Assembly: GCA_965249485.1 (NCBI GenBank)
Contig: OZ252239.1
Location: forward strand, 928,001-992,000
From: a bacterium
Lineage (GTDB): Bacteria; SM23-31
Reading direction: 5' to 3'
DNA length: 64,000 bases
The translations under genes and the position numbers were made by a program. Positions 21,819 to 32,128 of the stretch are shown in pieces. Within the stretch, counting starts at the first letter, position 1, and each line of letters opens with the position of its first letter. The notes below the pieces were generated by a model, which was not told the origin of the DNA, searched no databases, and saw nothing but the letters and a program-made list of their open reading frames with translations.

Positions 21819-21976
21819 TATTCCTCCTAATTCTTACCAATGTGTTTGGGATCGCGTACTGCGACATAATCCCCAATCATTGGACGGGATTTTAACAGCG
21901 TCCCCTATAGGGATCGTCCTATGCGGGGGTCCGAATTTCTCTCTTATCAGGATTTAAGCGTCGTGTTGATTATTTC

Positions 21977-22858
21977 CTACTCAATGTTCTTCACGCATCG
22001 AAAACCGATATCCGCATACATGTTCGACTGAACGTCGCTGGTCCGTCTTGAGCAGCGCATCAATCCCGGCCGTCCGTCCCAGGAGTTGCCGCGCAATACC
22101 CTTCGTTCATTTGAAACATCGTTCATAGGATTTTTTGTTGGGCTCTTGCTGTAGTATTCTGCATCGAAGTAGTCGGCACACCATTCCCAGGCATTACCGG
22201 ACATGTCGTACAGTCCCAAAGAGTTGGGCACAAATGTACCCACGGGAGCGGTAAAAATGTATCCGTCATCATATCCTTCGCTATAAGACCATTTGACGAC
22301 TTTTATCAGATTTTCGTCGGAGACATTGGCCACGACCTCCTGCCCCAAGGGATCGTTGCCCCACGCGTATTTGTAGCCTTTTGCCCCACCTCGGGCGGCA
22401 TATTCCCATTCGGCCTCGGTGGGCAAGCGTTTTCCAGCCCATTCGGCGTAGGCGTTTGCATCGTTCCAGCTCATGTTCGTCACCGGATGATTGTTTTTCT
22501 CGGTTTGGTGCAGATTACCCATCTGGTCGTGCCTCCAGTTAATCCCCGGTCTTTTCTCCCAGCCTTCTCCACCCCAAACATAACCGCCATCATTCTTCTC
22601 GGCATCAGTGACATAGTTTGTGGCATCCACAAATTTTCCAAATTCTTCTAAAGTGACTTCATGGATATCCATATAAAACGCATCCAATTCCACTTCATGA
22701 ACCGGCTTCTCCATGTCCTGGCCGTCGGCGTCACCCATCATAAACGATCCGCTGGGAATTAAAACCATACCGGGAGGAGCAATTGTTGTTGTCTGGCAAT
22801 TGAATAAGAGGGTCATTGCCATGATACTCATCAATCCAACTAGAATGAGTTTTTTCAT
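21977..22858 (-). CDS. Formylglycine-generating-enzyme (SUMF1) domain lipoprotein
   Basis: 'RLPTEAEWEYAARGG', 'LYDMSGNAWEW', 'IGFRCV'. Lacks the catalytic Cys pair of true FGE. Confidence 0.88.
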   Translation of the reverse strand: MKKLILVGLMSIMAMTLLFNCQTTTIAPPGMVLIPSGSFMMGDADGQDMEKPVHEVELDAFYMDIHEVTLEEFGKFVDATNYVTDAEKNDGGYVWGGEGWEKRPGINWRHDQMGNLHQTEKNNHPVTNMSWNDANAYAEWAGKRLPTEAEWEYAARGGAKGYKYAWGNDPLGQEVVANVSDENLIKVVKWSYSEGYDDGYIFTAPVGTFVPNSLGLYDMSGNAWEWCADYFDAEYYSKSPTKNPMNDVSNERRVLRGNSWDGRPGLMRCSRRTSDVQSNMYADIGFRCVKNIE

Positions 22859-23007
22859 TGTTGTTTCTCCTTAATGATGAATATGAAACATGATTGGTTA
22901 TATGTTACTATTCTATAAAATATTCGATGCAGAATATAATGATACAAATCTCTGTTGTTTGTAAACTTGAGAAACCCAGAAATAAAAAATGAGGACTCAT
23001 AAACAAA

Positions 23008-23343
23008 TCATTTTTTTGCTTCACGAGCACCTTCGATGGCAGTTTGTGCCCATTTCTGGAGCAAACTGTCATCGTCCAGCACTTCCTTGGGAACTTCGAA
23101 GTACGGCATTTTACCATGCTGAGAAGATCCAGCGTTTGCGAAATCCTGACGGTTTTCATCACCGACTTTAAAGAATAGCTCTGCTTTGGAATTTACCAGA
23201 GCGAACATGATGCCGCTCTCGAAAATACCGTAGCCGCCGAACATCTTCTTACTTGTTACTACACCAAGTGATACAAGAATATCAACAACCTGTCCGCACA
23301 GACTATCCGCTTCGTTAGTTAGTTTATCGCCTTTAATTCCCAA
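23008..23343 (-). CDS. TfoX/Sxy N-terminal-domain protein
   Basis: 'KKMFGGYGIF...MFALV...LFFKV...MPYFEVP..VLDD'. Confidence 0.85.
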   Translation of the reverse strand: MGIKGDKLTNEADSLCGQVVDILVSLGVVTSKKMFGGYGIFESGIMFALVNSKAELFFKVGDENRQDFANAGSSQHGKMPYFEVPKEVLDDDSLLQKWAQTAIEGAREAKK

Positions 23344-23889
23344 ATCAACCTGTCTCCTTAAATTAAATACACCTAAAATTTAGTGGATACATTGTATGTT
23401 TGGTATACACGAACCCCATTCTTAACTAATCACTGACACTCAAGATAAACAAAAATAAATACTAATCAAATATTTCAATCATATTTCAGACGTTTTTTAC
23501 GCTCCCCAAAGTCCGTCTTTTTAGATTACTTTCAACCTCCATCAACACAAAAATAACGAATCGAATGGAAAATTTATATAAGCCGAGATATTAGATTTAC
23601 ATACAGTTCCTGGTCGGTATCTTTTATGAAAAACAGCAAAGTTATAAGGAGCATATTTTTTTTTGGGATTAGTTGTGAACTCTTTTTTTGTTCTTGTTGT
23701 TGTAAAGGCTTAGAAAGGGGAAATCAAAAAAGAGTGATAAAAAATTATTTTGAAAAGCTAATTATATTTCTTAAATTTTAATCACATTGGCTGATGTTTT
23801 CTGACAATATATAATCAGCATAAGAGAAAACTCGGAATTTGTTTAATACGTATTAAGATAAAGATTCCGAAAATGCATTTATAAGGCGC

Positions 23890-24999
23890 ATGATGAAAAA
23901 TAAAGTAATAGACTTCCTTGCACATGCCGGAATTTGTGTTAACGGCAGAGATCCCTGGGATATAGTTATCCGAAACGATGCATTTTATGCGAAAGTGCTC
24001 ACCGGCGGCTCACTGGCGTTAGGTGAATCATATATGGATGGCTGGTGGGATTGTGATGCGATCGATAAATTTTTTCATAAAATTTTCGTAGCCAAACTCA
24101 ATCTAAGTGTTACTGATAAAAAACAATATTTATTTACCTACCTCAAAGCCAAGGCCCTGAATCTTCAGCGTAAATCAAAGGCATTTCATAGCGGACAACA
24201 CCATTACGATATTGGAAATGACCTCTTTTCCTTGATGCTTGGTAAAATGATGTTATACAGTTGTGCCTATTGGGTGGAAGCCCGGACTCTTGATGAAGCG
24301 CAAGAAGCAAAGCTGGAACTCATTTGTAAAAAACTCGACCTGCAGCCGGGGATGCAAGTCCTCGACATCGGTTGTGGATGGGGAGGATTTGCCCTCTACG
24401 CAGCCAGCAAATACGGTGTGCATGTCACTGGAGTAACCGTATCCGAAAAACAAAAAGCAATAGGCGAAGAAATGTGCGCCGTTCTTCCGGTTGAAATACT
24501 CTACAAAGATTATCGTGATGTAAACGGCACCTTTGACCGGATCGTATCGGTCGGAATGTTCGAACATATCGGAAATAAAAATTACAGGACTTTCATGAAA
24601 AAAACCAAGCAGCTTCTCAAAAAGGACGGCCTTTTCCTTCTGCAAACTATAGGCAGAAATTTATCGCATCCCTCGAACGATCCCTGGATGAACAGATATA
24701 TATTTCCAAATTCAAAAATACCTTCATTGCAGGAAATTACCAAAGCTATTGAAGGCCAGATTATTATGGAAGACGTACATAATATCGGCGTACACTATGA
24801 TAAAACCCTCATGGCCTGGTATGAAAATTTCAATATTAACTGGGATTTACTTAAGAATAAATACGATGAACGTTTTAAACGGATGTGGTCATATTACCTG
24901 TTGAGCTGTGCGGGTGCATTTCGCGCCCGGCATAATCATGTCTGGCAGTTCGTGTTTTCTCAAGATGGCGTACCGGGAGGTTATACCAGCTTACGATGA
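23890..24999 (+). CDS. cfa: Cyclopropane-fatty-acyl-phospholipid synthase
   Basis: 'LGESYMDGWW', 'HHYDIGN', 'VLDIGCGWGG', 'VSVGMFEH', 'RYIFP'. Confidence 0.93.
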   Translation: MMKNKVIDFLAHAGICVNGRDPWDIVIRNDAFYAKVLTGGSLALGESYMDGWWDCDAIDKFFHKIFVAKLNLSVTDKKQYLFTYLKAKALNLQRKSKAFHSGQHHYDIGNDLFSLMLGKMMLYSCAYWVEARTLDEAQEAKLELICKKLDLQPGMQVLDIGCGWGGFALYAASKYGVHVTGVTVSEKQKAIGEEMCAVLPVEILYKDYRDVNGTFDRIVSVGMFEHIGNKNYRTFMKKTKQLLKKDGLFLLQTIGRNLSHPSNDPWMNRYIFPNSKIPSLQEITKAIEGQIIMEDVHNIGVHYDKTLMAWYENFNINWDLLKNKYDERFKRMWSYYLLSCAGAFRARHNHVWQFVFSQDGVPGGYTSLR

Positions 25000-25202
25000 A
25001 AAAATATGACAGGTGTCATTTTTGAGTTCTAGTTTTTCCAAGTGATTTTTACCCACTTCTTTTTTCAGGTCTAGTACTTACATTATATTCAATGTTGGTC
25101 GTTTGACTTTTTCACATCCGGAGAAGACTTTTGTGCACGTCAATTATTGTGATTCAAAATTCAAAGAAATAGTACAATACGTAATTATTTCAAAGCTATA
25201 TG

Positions 25203-26579
25203 TTATCGTACCAAAGCAATCCGTTCCGTTGGTGGAATGAACCACTCGATTCCGTCCTCGGTTAAAAGCACGTTCTCTTCAAAGTCCATCACCATTTTTC
25301 TGCCGCCCCATTCGGGCATAGGATAGTAAACGAAGAATTCGAGAGAGTGGAGCTGGTTTGGTTTAAGCACAAGGCTGCTGCAATATGGCTGCTCTTCATC
25401 GATCCAAACGGTAGGTCCGGAACCGTGACCCTGTTCTCCAACAGTATGCCAGCCAATATTGATTTCAATTTTTTGGCTGTCTGAAACGTAGTCTTCGAGA
25501 CGACAGATCTCGTATCCGAGTTCTCGCAGTTTATCATATATCACGTTCAGTGTCTCAAGCCCTGTACGGCCCGGTTTTGCGAGTTTACGTGACAATTCCC
25601 GCACTTTCAATCCATGATCCCAGATTTTTTGTATCGTCTCCGGTATATCAGTTTCTCCTTCTTGCAGCACATATGCCCACCGCTCGATGTCGGTGCTATA
25701 ACCACCCATAATTTGAATGCCTTTATCCCAGCCAACAAGATCGCCCCGCTGAATAACCAAATCTCGTGGTCCTTGTGTTGGAGTTCTGACAAGAGGGTTG
25801 CCATCGTTGTCTGTCGGCATATTTGGATAAATAATTCTGGGTGTACTATAGGACGGAGTATATCCGCGGGCAATCAATTGATCCGCCATCCAGAAACTAA
25901 GGTCACCCAATGTCGTCACTCCCGGTACGATGACCTCATTGGATAAAGCTCTCTCGACAAGCTCTCTGGTTAATTCTATCGACTTTCTGAATAATGAAAT
26001 TTCACTGGCTACTTTGATCGAACGAAAGTCGCTGACGAGATCCTCTGACGAGATAAGCCGTGTCGCATATTTCTCCCCGAGAGTCTTGACGAGGGCCAAA
26101 TAATTGGTATGGGAAAGCCCGTCAGCAGTTCCAAGATTGGCAGACATATTGACAGCAATGTTTTTTGGATCACGCTCTTCAACAAACTCCCTCAAATCTC
26201 CTGTCACTCCAAAGATGTCATAAAGCTTGGGACTGCCGCCGGTACCTAAAGCCGCACGCTCGATTCTGTCACCACCACGGTCGGTAAACACTAAATAAGC
26301 AAGATTTTCTCCATGATACCACTTATCCGAAGCGCCACCACCGCCGACGTCTGAAGCAAGCGGATCAGGACGCTTATATTTCTGCACCATTATCCACATA
26401 TCGATGTTATTTTCCCGCATCGCATTGGGCAGTACAATATCGAGTTTCTCCATGCGAATCAGGTTCATCATTTCCCAGCGGGCTTTTGCTTCCTGAGCGT
26501 GAGCAGGGTATCCCTGGACAAGGAAAAGGCAAGAAGAAAGCATAAGTATCAGCCATGATTTACGCATAAAATGCCTCAC
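25203..26579 (-). CDS. Secreted M24-family (Xaa-Pro aminopeptidase-like) metallopeptidase
   Basis: Signal peptide; D/D/H/E/E ligand pattern 'WDKG...TDIE', 'WHTVG', 'SLEF', 'FEEN'. Confidence 0.82.
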   Translation of the reverse strand: MRHFMRKSWLILMLSSCLFLVQGYPAHAQEAKARWEMMNLIRMEKLDIVLPNAMRENNIDMWIMVQKYKRPDPLASDVGGGGASDKWYHGENLAYLVFTDRGGDRIERAALGTGGSPKLYDIFGVTGDLREFVEERDPKNIAVNMSANLGTADGLSHTNYLALVKTLGEKYATRLISSEDLVSDFRSIKVASEISLFRKSIELTRELVERALSNEVIVPGVTTLGDLSFWMADQLIARGYTPSYSTPRIIYPNMPTDNDGNPLVRTPTQGPRDLVIQRGDLVGWDKGIQIMGGYSTDIERWAYVLQEGETDIPETIQKIWDHGLKVRELSRKLAKPGRTGLETLNVIYDKLRELGYEICRLEDYVSDSQKIEINIGWHTVGEQGHGSGPTVWIDEEQPYCSSLVLKPNQLHSLEFFVYYPMPEWGGRKMVMDFEENVLLTEDGIEWFIPPTERIALVR

Positions 26580-26709
26580 TCATTAAATGTTTATATTGGA
26601 ATTGCTTTACTATTTATTAAAACGTGTAGCTCATTGTGGCAAGTGCGCTTTTTGATCACATTTCGATGGTAAGTACGATTCGGAAACTCTGCAATAAATA
26701 TCACAGTAA

Positions 26710-28461
26710 CTACCATACAAACAATAATTTTGTTACAAACCATGTAATGAAAACAAGTAAAATACATGCTCCGACTATTTTTACAAAACCCGGAAAGTAC
26801 CATTTTAAATTTGGTTCATTGCGAAGCTCAATTGTACTATCCGTTCCGAATATTTTATCTTTGCTATCCTCCGCATACATTTTTTCCACCTCAGTCACGC
26901 TCATTTCTTCCTGACCATCAGACATAAGACCTGCGTCAATTAAAGCGGGCAATTTGATTCCTGCATTAACCAGCCGCTCCTCACGTCCAACCGGTGTGTT
27001 TAAAATAACGTGGAAACGTTTAATTTTGAGGATATCGGCTGGTTTTCCGATCAACGTCCCAGCGACCATACAAAATAACGCTACACCAGTAGAAAAGAAT
27101 ACCGCCTGCTCAAATGCCGGATCAATTGCATCAACAAATCCCAAATTCAACTGAATCATATTGGTGACCACGACCGATATATAAGTAACGATCCCGCCAC
27201 TTATTGAAAGCCACATACCCGTGCAATTAGCTCGCTGCCAGACCACTCCGAAATAGATTGGTATTCCGAGAAACGAAAGCAACGTCAATGTAAGCTTTAC
27301 ATAGTCTCCAATCGATGAAAGGTTATGTGTCGAAAGAGCCGCAATAATTATAGAAATTACTGCCCAGATACGTGCAACGTTGAGATAGTGTTTCAGTTTT
27401 TTGCCTGGCCGAATTGTCTTCCTGTAAAGGTAATCTACACCGACTGCGGAAGAGGTTGTGGCAAAGGTGTCCGCTGAAGACATTGCCGCAGCAAAAAAAC
27501 TCGCAACAAGGAGTCCCAGAACACCAACCGGTAATATTTCTCCCATGACAATGCCCCACGCTAACTCAGGGTCATCCAATCCGGGACGGTAAATTGCGAA
27601 TAGAATACCATAGATGGCAAACAACAATGTGATTAATCGTTTCCAGAGATGTCCCCATGCACATTGGGTCGCGGCTTTTTCGTTCTTTGAAACCGAGATC
27701 CAGTTAAATATCCATGGTGCCGCGATGCCGCCAACGAGAGCAGAGAGATTGAGTGCTAGCACAGTCCAGATTGTCATTCGTTCCGGATCAACTAAATTCC
27801 AGATTTCAGGATGAGCAGCGCTGTAATCCACCAAGGAATTCCAGCCTCCTGCGTTGATCCATAAAAATGGCAACATAATGAAACTCAAAACAAAAAGACA
27901 CATTAATCCCTGAAGGATGTCAGTCAATAACGCAGACATCATCCCTCCGGAAAATACATATGAGCCAACAATGATAGTAATAATCCAGACGCATTGCTGT
28001 GGTTGTAACGTAGTCAATCCGGACAATACTTTTGCTATGGCCAAAAGAATCATCCCAATAAATAAAATGCAGATGATCGTTGCAACAACTGAATACAGTG
28101 AAGAGACATATCTGTCGTATCGCATTTCAAGAAACTCAGATATGCTATAGACCCTCGACCTGCGGAAATAAGTGGAAAATAAGTAATAAATGGGAGTTGC
28201 AAAAAGGAAACTCCACCAGTACCAGACACCCGAAAGTCCGCTTTCATAGGCTTGTCCACCTACGACAACTGCCTCGTTACCCGCAATCGCTGAAGCGAAG
28301 ACGAAAATAAAGGACACAAGAGCACCCCATTTACCACCCGCTACAAAAAAGTCACCCAGGCTCTTGGTTCGTTTTGCGCCTTGAAAAATGCCAATGTATA
28401 GTACAATGCCGAAATATACTATAACTATAGTAAAATCAATCCAATGTATTCCCAGTATCAT
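26710..28461 (-). CDS. Sodium:solute symporter (SSS family)
   Basis: 'DFFVAG', 'EFLEMRY', 'GGMMSALLTDILQ', 'AAAMSSAD'. Confidence 0.9.
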   Translation of the reverse strand: MILGIHWIDFTIVIVYFGIVLYIGIFQGAKRTKSLGDFFVAGGKWGALVSFIFVFASAIAGNEAVVVGGQAYESGLSGVWYWWSFLFATPIYYLFSTYFRRSRVYSISEFLEMRYDRYVSSLYSVVATIICILFIGMILLAIAKVLSGLTTLQPQQCVWIITIIVGSYVFSGGMMSALLTDILQGLMCLFVLSFIMLPFLWINAGGWNSLVDYSAAHPEIWNLVDPERMTIWTVLALNLSALVGGIAAPWIFNWISVSKNEKAATQCAWGHLWKRLITLLFAIYGILFAIYRPGLDDPELAWGIVMGEILPVGVLGLLVASFFAAAMSSADTFATTSSAVGVDYLYRKTIRPGKKLKHYLNVARIWAVISIIIAALSTHNLSSIGDYVKLTLTLLSFLGIPIYFGVVWQRANCTGMWLSISGGIVTYISVVVTNMIQLNLGFVDAIDPAFEQAVFFSTGVALFCMVAGTLIGKPADILKIKRFHVILNTPVGREERLVNAGIKLPALIDAGLMSDGQEEMSVTEVEKMYAEDSKDKIFGTDSTIELRNEPNLKWYFPGFVKIVGACILLVFITWFVTKLLFVW

Positions 28462-28613
28462 ATCGAGTCTTCACTATTTTTATTTAATTTGTTCAATATA
28501 ATATGTGAATCTAAATATAGAAGTTAGTTCCTTTTCCAATTACTCCCCGGGCAGAACGAATTTTAGACTTTTTCTATAGTGCTCTAATGCCCTTCATTAT
28601 CTTGATCGCTCCA

Positions 28614-30203
28614 TTACCACGGCAAAGGAGCGACTCGTGGGAGTTTTTCATCACGCATTGCCACATGATAGACAAACGCTGCAAGGATGACTACATTGGT
28701 CATCGTGTTTTCAGGAACAAGACGGTCAAACATATCCATGTTAGTATGAGCATTCGTTTCCATATCTAATCTATCCTGATAAAAATAAAAGCCCGGCAGC
28801 CCAACTTCAGCATACGCATCATGGTAGCCCATATTACCACCGATAGACATTCCGCCCGGAATCAGATGTGTCATTCCCAGGCTATGTAACGGTTTCATCC
28901 ACTCGGTAAAAATTGACCGAATCTCTTCATTGCCCATGACAGAAACAGCCCGTATCTTACCGGTACCATGATCCGCATTAAAGTATGCAGATAGATTATG
29001 ATAATCCTTTCTGTATTCCTTTGTCGTCGGATCGGCAAAGTTTTTCCGGACATGACCTCGGTTACCTGCTAATCCTGCTCCATCATGTCCACCCCAAAGA
29101 CCCATCCGAACAGTCCGACGGGGTTGAAGGCCTAATTTTTTAAAAATGCGTGCAACCTCCATTGCAGTCGCTGCACCGACTGCGTTATCAGTCGCACCGG
29201 TACCCACAGGTACAGATTGAAGATGACCGCCGAATACAACAATTTCATGCGCCAGATCAGTGCCCGGAATTTCAGCAACAACATTATGGTCATTCGGATC
29301 AACTCTGAAAAAGTTTGTTTTGATTTCGATCTCCATTTCGACCGGAATGTCCTTATTCAATATTCGAATGATCCGGTTATATTGTTCAACTGCCACAACA
29401 AGCTCCGTAGGCTGGGGGGGAGCACCCTCTTTCCACAGTCCTGATGCTCTATCGTATCTGTTGACTGCAACGGTTCCGAAGTCATGTCGGCCGTCCGGGT
29501 GTGCAATTGCAGCAGCACCTTCGGCAAATACAAAATCGATAATCTGCTGGCTCGTAAGTCTGCTTTCACTGGGATTGGGTCTCGACCGCTCCTGTCGGCG
29601 CAAATACAAATCCAAAACTGAGACTTTGGGAGCTATTGGAATTATCGCCATCTCGTCAAGCTGCTCTTCCGTGAATTTCGTCGCAATAGGTTCAAAATGG
29701 GGTGAGAGTTTCTGTTCTGGCTTTATGAAAATGATAGCATTTCGTAGTTTTCCCCGGTATTGCCTCAGGTCTGCTTCTGTAGCGAGTTCGTCAAAATTCA
29801 TATAAATAGCATGTGCCCGGATCTTTCCATCTGTTCCGGATGACCATGGTGCGGGATAGGCAATAACCGGCATATATTGGGGAGCCATCATGTGTACCGA
29901 TGTGTATCCAATATTCCAACCGGCACCGAATTCATACGGTTCAAGCCTGGCATTTGTGAGGCCATATTTCTTGAGCCGGTCTCTCGCCCATTCTGCAGCA
30001 GCACGATACGATGGCGTCTTTACATTTCGCGGCCCAAATACATCTGCCAGCCAACTGACATTCTCCATGACCTGGGAATTTTCAAACGCCTCTTCCATGA
30101 TCTCCTCAACAACTTCCCAGTAGATCGGTTCCTGTGCCGGTGCAGAAGAAACAAGCACAATCAATATCAGTAAACCAACCATACAAATACATTTAGCTTT
30201 CAT
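28614..30203 (-). CDS. M28-family metallohydrolase, paralogue 6
   Basis: Start moved to MKAKCI; long identical peptide stretches shared with 11547..13148. Confidence 0.85.
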   Translation of the reverse strand: MKAKCICMVGLLILIVLVSSAPAQEPIYWEVVEEIMEEAFENSQVMENVSWLADVFGPRNVKTPSYRAAAEWARDRLKKYGLTNARLEPYEFGAGWNIGYTSVHMMAPQYMPVIAYPAPWSSGTDGKIRAHAIYMNFDELATEADLRQYRGKLRNAIIFIKPEQKLSPHFEPIATKFTEEQLDEMAIIPIAPKVSVLDLYLRRQERSRPNPSESRLTSQQIIDFVFAEGAAAIAHPDGRHDFGTVAVNRYDRASGLWKEGAPPQPTELVVAVEQYNRIIRILNKDIPVEMEIEIKTNFFRVDPNDHNVVAEIPGTDLAHEIVVFGGHLQSVPVGTGATDNAVGAATAMEVARIFKKLGLQPRRTVRMGLWGGHDGAGLAGNRGHVRKNFADPTTKEYRKDYHNLSAYFNADHGTGKIRAVSVMGNEEIRSIFTEWMKPLHSLGMTHLIPGGMSIGGNMGYHDAYAEVGLPGFYFYQDRLDMETNAHTNMDMFDRLVPENTMTNVVILAAFVYHVAMRDEKLPRVAPLPW

Positions 30204-30333
30204 TGTGTAGCTCCTGATAAAATTCCAATCCAAGATTTAATGCTATCTGATATTCTTCGTATCAATTTTCTGAAATGAATAACTTTTCATACTATATCAA
30301 GAGAGCATAAAGCTTCTCAGTTAGGTACTGTAG

Positions 30334-31776
30334 TTATTCAATTACATACCATTCGAGATTTACTCTATTAAGATAGTCAAATCCATTTTCGGTAAACATA
30401 CCGAGTTGCTCGATCCCAAAGGACAAACCGTTTTCACCCCACTCTGGAGCAGTAATAGTGTAGTTCGGTTCAAGCGAATAGAGTGTATTATAATGAAGTT
30501 TGAGAGTAGGGGAGTAAAGGGGATGCTGTATATATCCGTTACCAATTCCAGAAGTGTATGTCCCACGAGAAAACAATAATCCATTCGTGGTAAACCGCCT
30601 GATAAAATTTGGCGGAGGATGAAAACCGAATCTTGCACGAGTCATTCGGGGATCTCGCGGTTTCATGTTATTAGCTGCATCCCGAATTTCTTGTGTAGTA
30701 CGGCCAACTACGAAGGCTTTTCTGTATTGATCCTGCATCTCGTTTATGAGTCTTAATACATCTTTCAAATCTTCAGGAACATCTGATTCATCCTCAAGGA
30801 GCACATATGCATATACTTGAGTGTCGGTTTCCAAACCGAGTAACATTATATCAGAATCTAAACCGACTATGTCACCGCGTCTGATTATTACATTTGTACC
30901 ATTTCCAATTCTGCCATTCCGAAATATTTCAGTGGAATCACTATATTCAGCAATCTTCGACGTTCTTCTTCTGATATTTACCGAAGGGTGGTTATCTATA
31001 TCTAAATGAAGTTCACGATTTTTATTCCGTATCCACCAATTCAAATCTTCTGAAGTAGTGATATTAGGTATAATAACACTATTTGAAAATGCTTCCGCAA
31101 GAATATCATTTTGTACTCCCTGAACATACCGGTAAATGCTTAACTGCACAGGCCCCATGATGGTAAGCCACAGTATACCCAGGTGGTTTGAATCCACAGT
31201 ACGAGATGCATATTTATTACCCAGAGCTTGTGTCATTTCATCACTTGTTACGATACTTATTCGTGAAGCGTCTCCGGAATTCTGTCTCCTAACGGCAAGG
31301 TTTTTCATACTGATTGCGATCTTTTTGGGATCCCGTTCTCTTACCAATTGTGTTATATGGGCAAAATCATCCGGTTCAACATATTCGATTTCGTTTCCTG
31401 TATCGTAAAAAAGCAGAAATTCGGGAATTCCGGAGATGGAATTCCTATATTGACTCGGCAGAGCCATCCCTTCATGATTGGCCGGAAGTAATGACGTAAA
31501 TACCGGATGCTCCCTATAAGACGTTTGCCGATAAAGCGGTTCTTCATCATTTCGGACTATCCACATATCCACCCCTTGTTCCCGCATTATCATCGGAAGT
31601 ACGTTCTCTTTTTTTCACTCCTAGAACTTTTGCATGATCTGGACACGTTCGCGCATCGGCATGAAATTCGCCGCATCTCTGCCTGAACCAGTCTCAGGTG
31701 GTTGAGCGAATGCAAAACCAACGGTTAATACAATAAATGATAAAGAAAATGACCATAAAACTCGTTTCGTCTTCAT
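30334..31776 (-). pseudogene. M24-family protein with two in-frame nonsense codons
   Basis: Reading from ATG 31776 matches paralogue 39580..41019, but 'FWEWK' reads TTC TAG GAG TGA AAA (31615-31623). Confidence 0.85.
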
Positions 31777-31847
31777 GCCAATCTCCTTCTTTCTGAAAGA
31801 TTCAATTTGTACATTATCTGAACAATTATATCATTTGCAGTTATTGT

Positions 31848-31948
31848 GTGCGTGGCCAGAACACGTCGGGCACTTTTGATTAAATAACAAGATTGACATT
31901 GGACAACTACAAGGGTCTTTACACCCCGGATTGAAGATTTTAGAACTT
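31848..31948 (-). promoter_or_regulatory. Dispersed promoter element, copy B
   Basis: + strand gtgc-gtggcca-gaac ... ctacaag ... ccccggattgaagattttagaac; GAAC cores 84 bp apart. Confidence 0.65.
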
Positions 31949-32128
31949 AAATCTATGTCTAACGTATTAAGATTCCCATTTGTGGTTCTAAGAAATTTAG
32001 AACTATTTTTGGCGTATTCGCTTTGCAATTTAATCTTACTATAAATCATTGAAGCAGATTTTGACAATTAATGAGCGGGTATATTATATATCTAACTCAA
32101 TCGTTACACTGCCTTTTATGCACTCGTG

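Noticed and set aside
21977..22858. Active formylglycine-generating enzyme
   Set aside because: The catalytic Cys pair is absent and there is no adjacent sulfatase.
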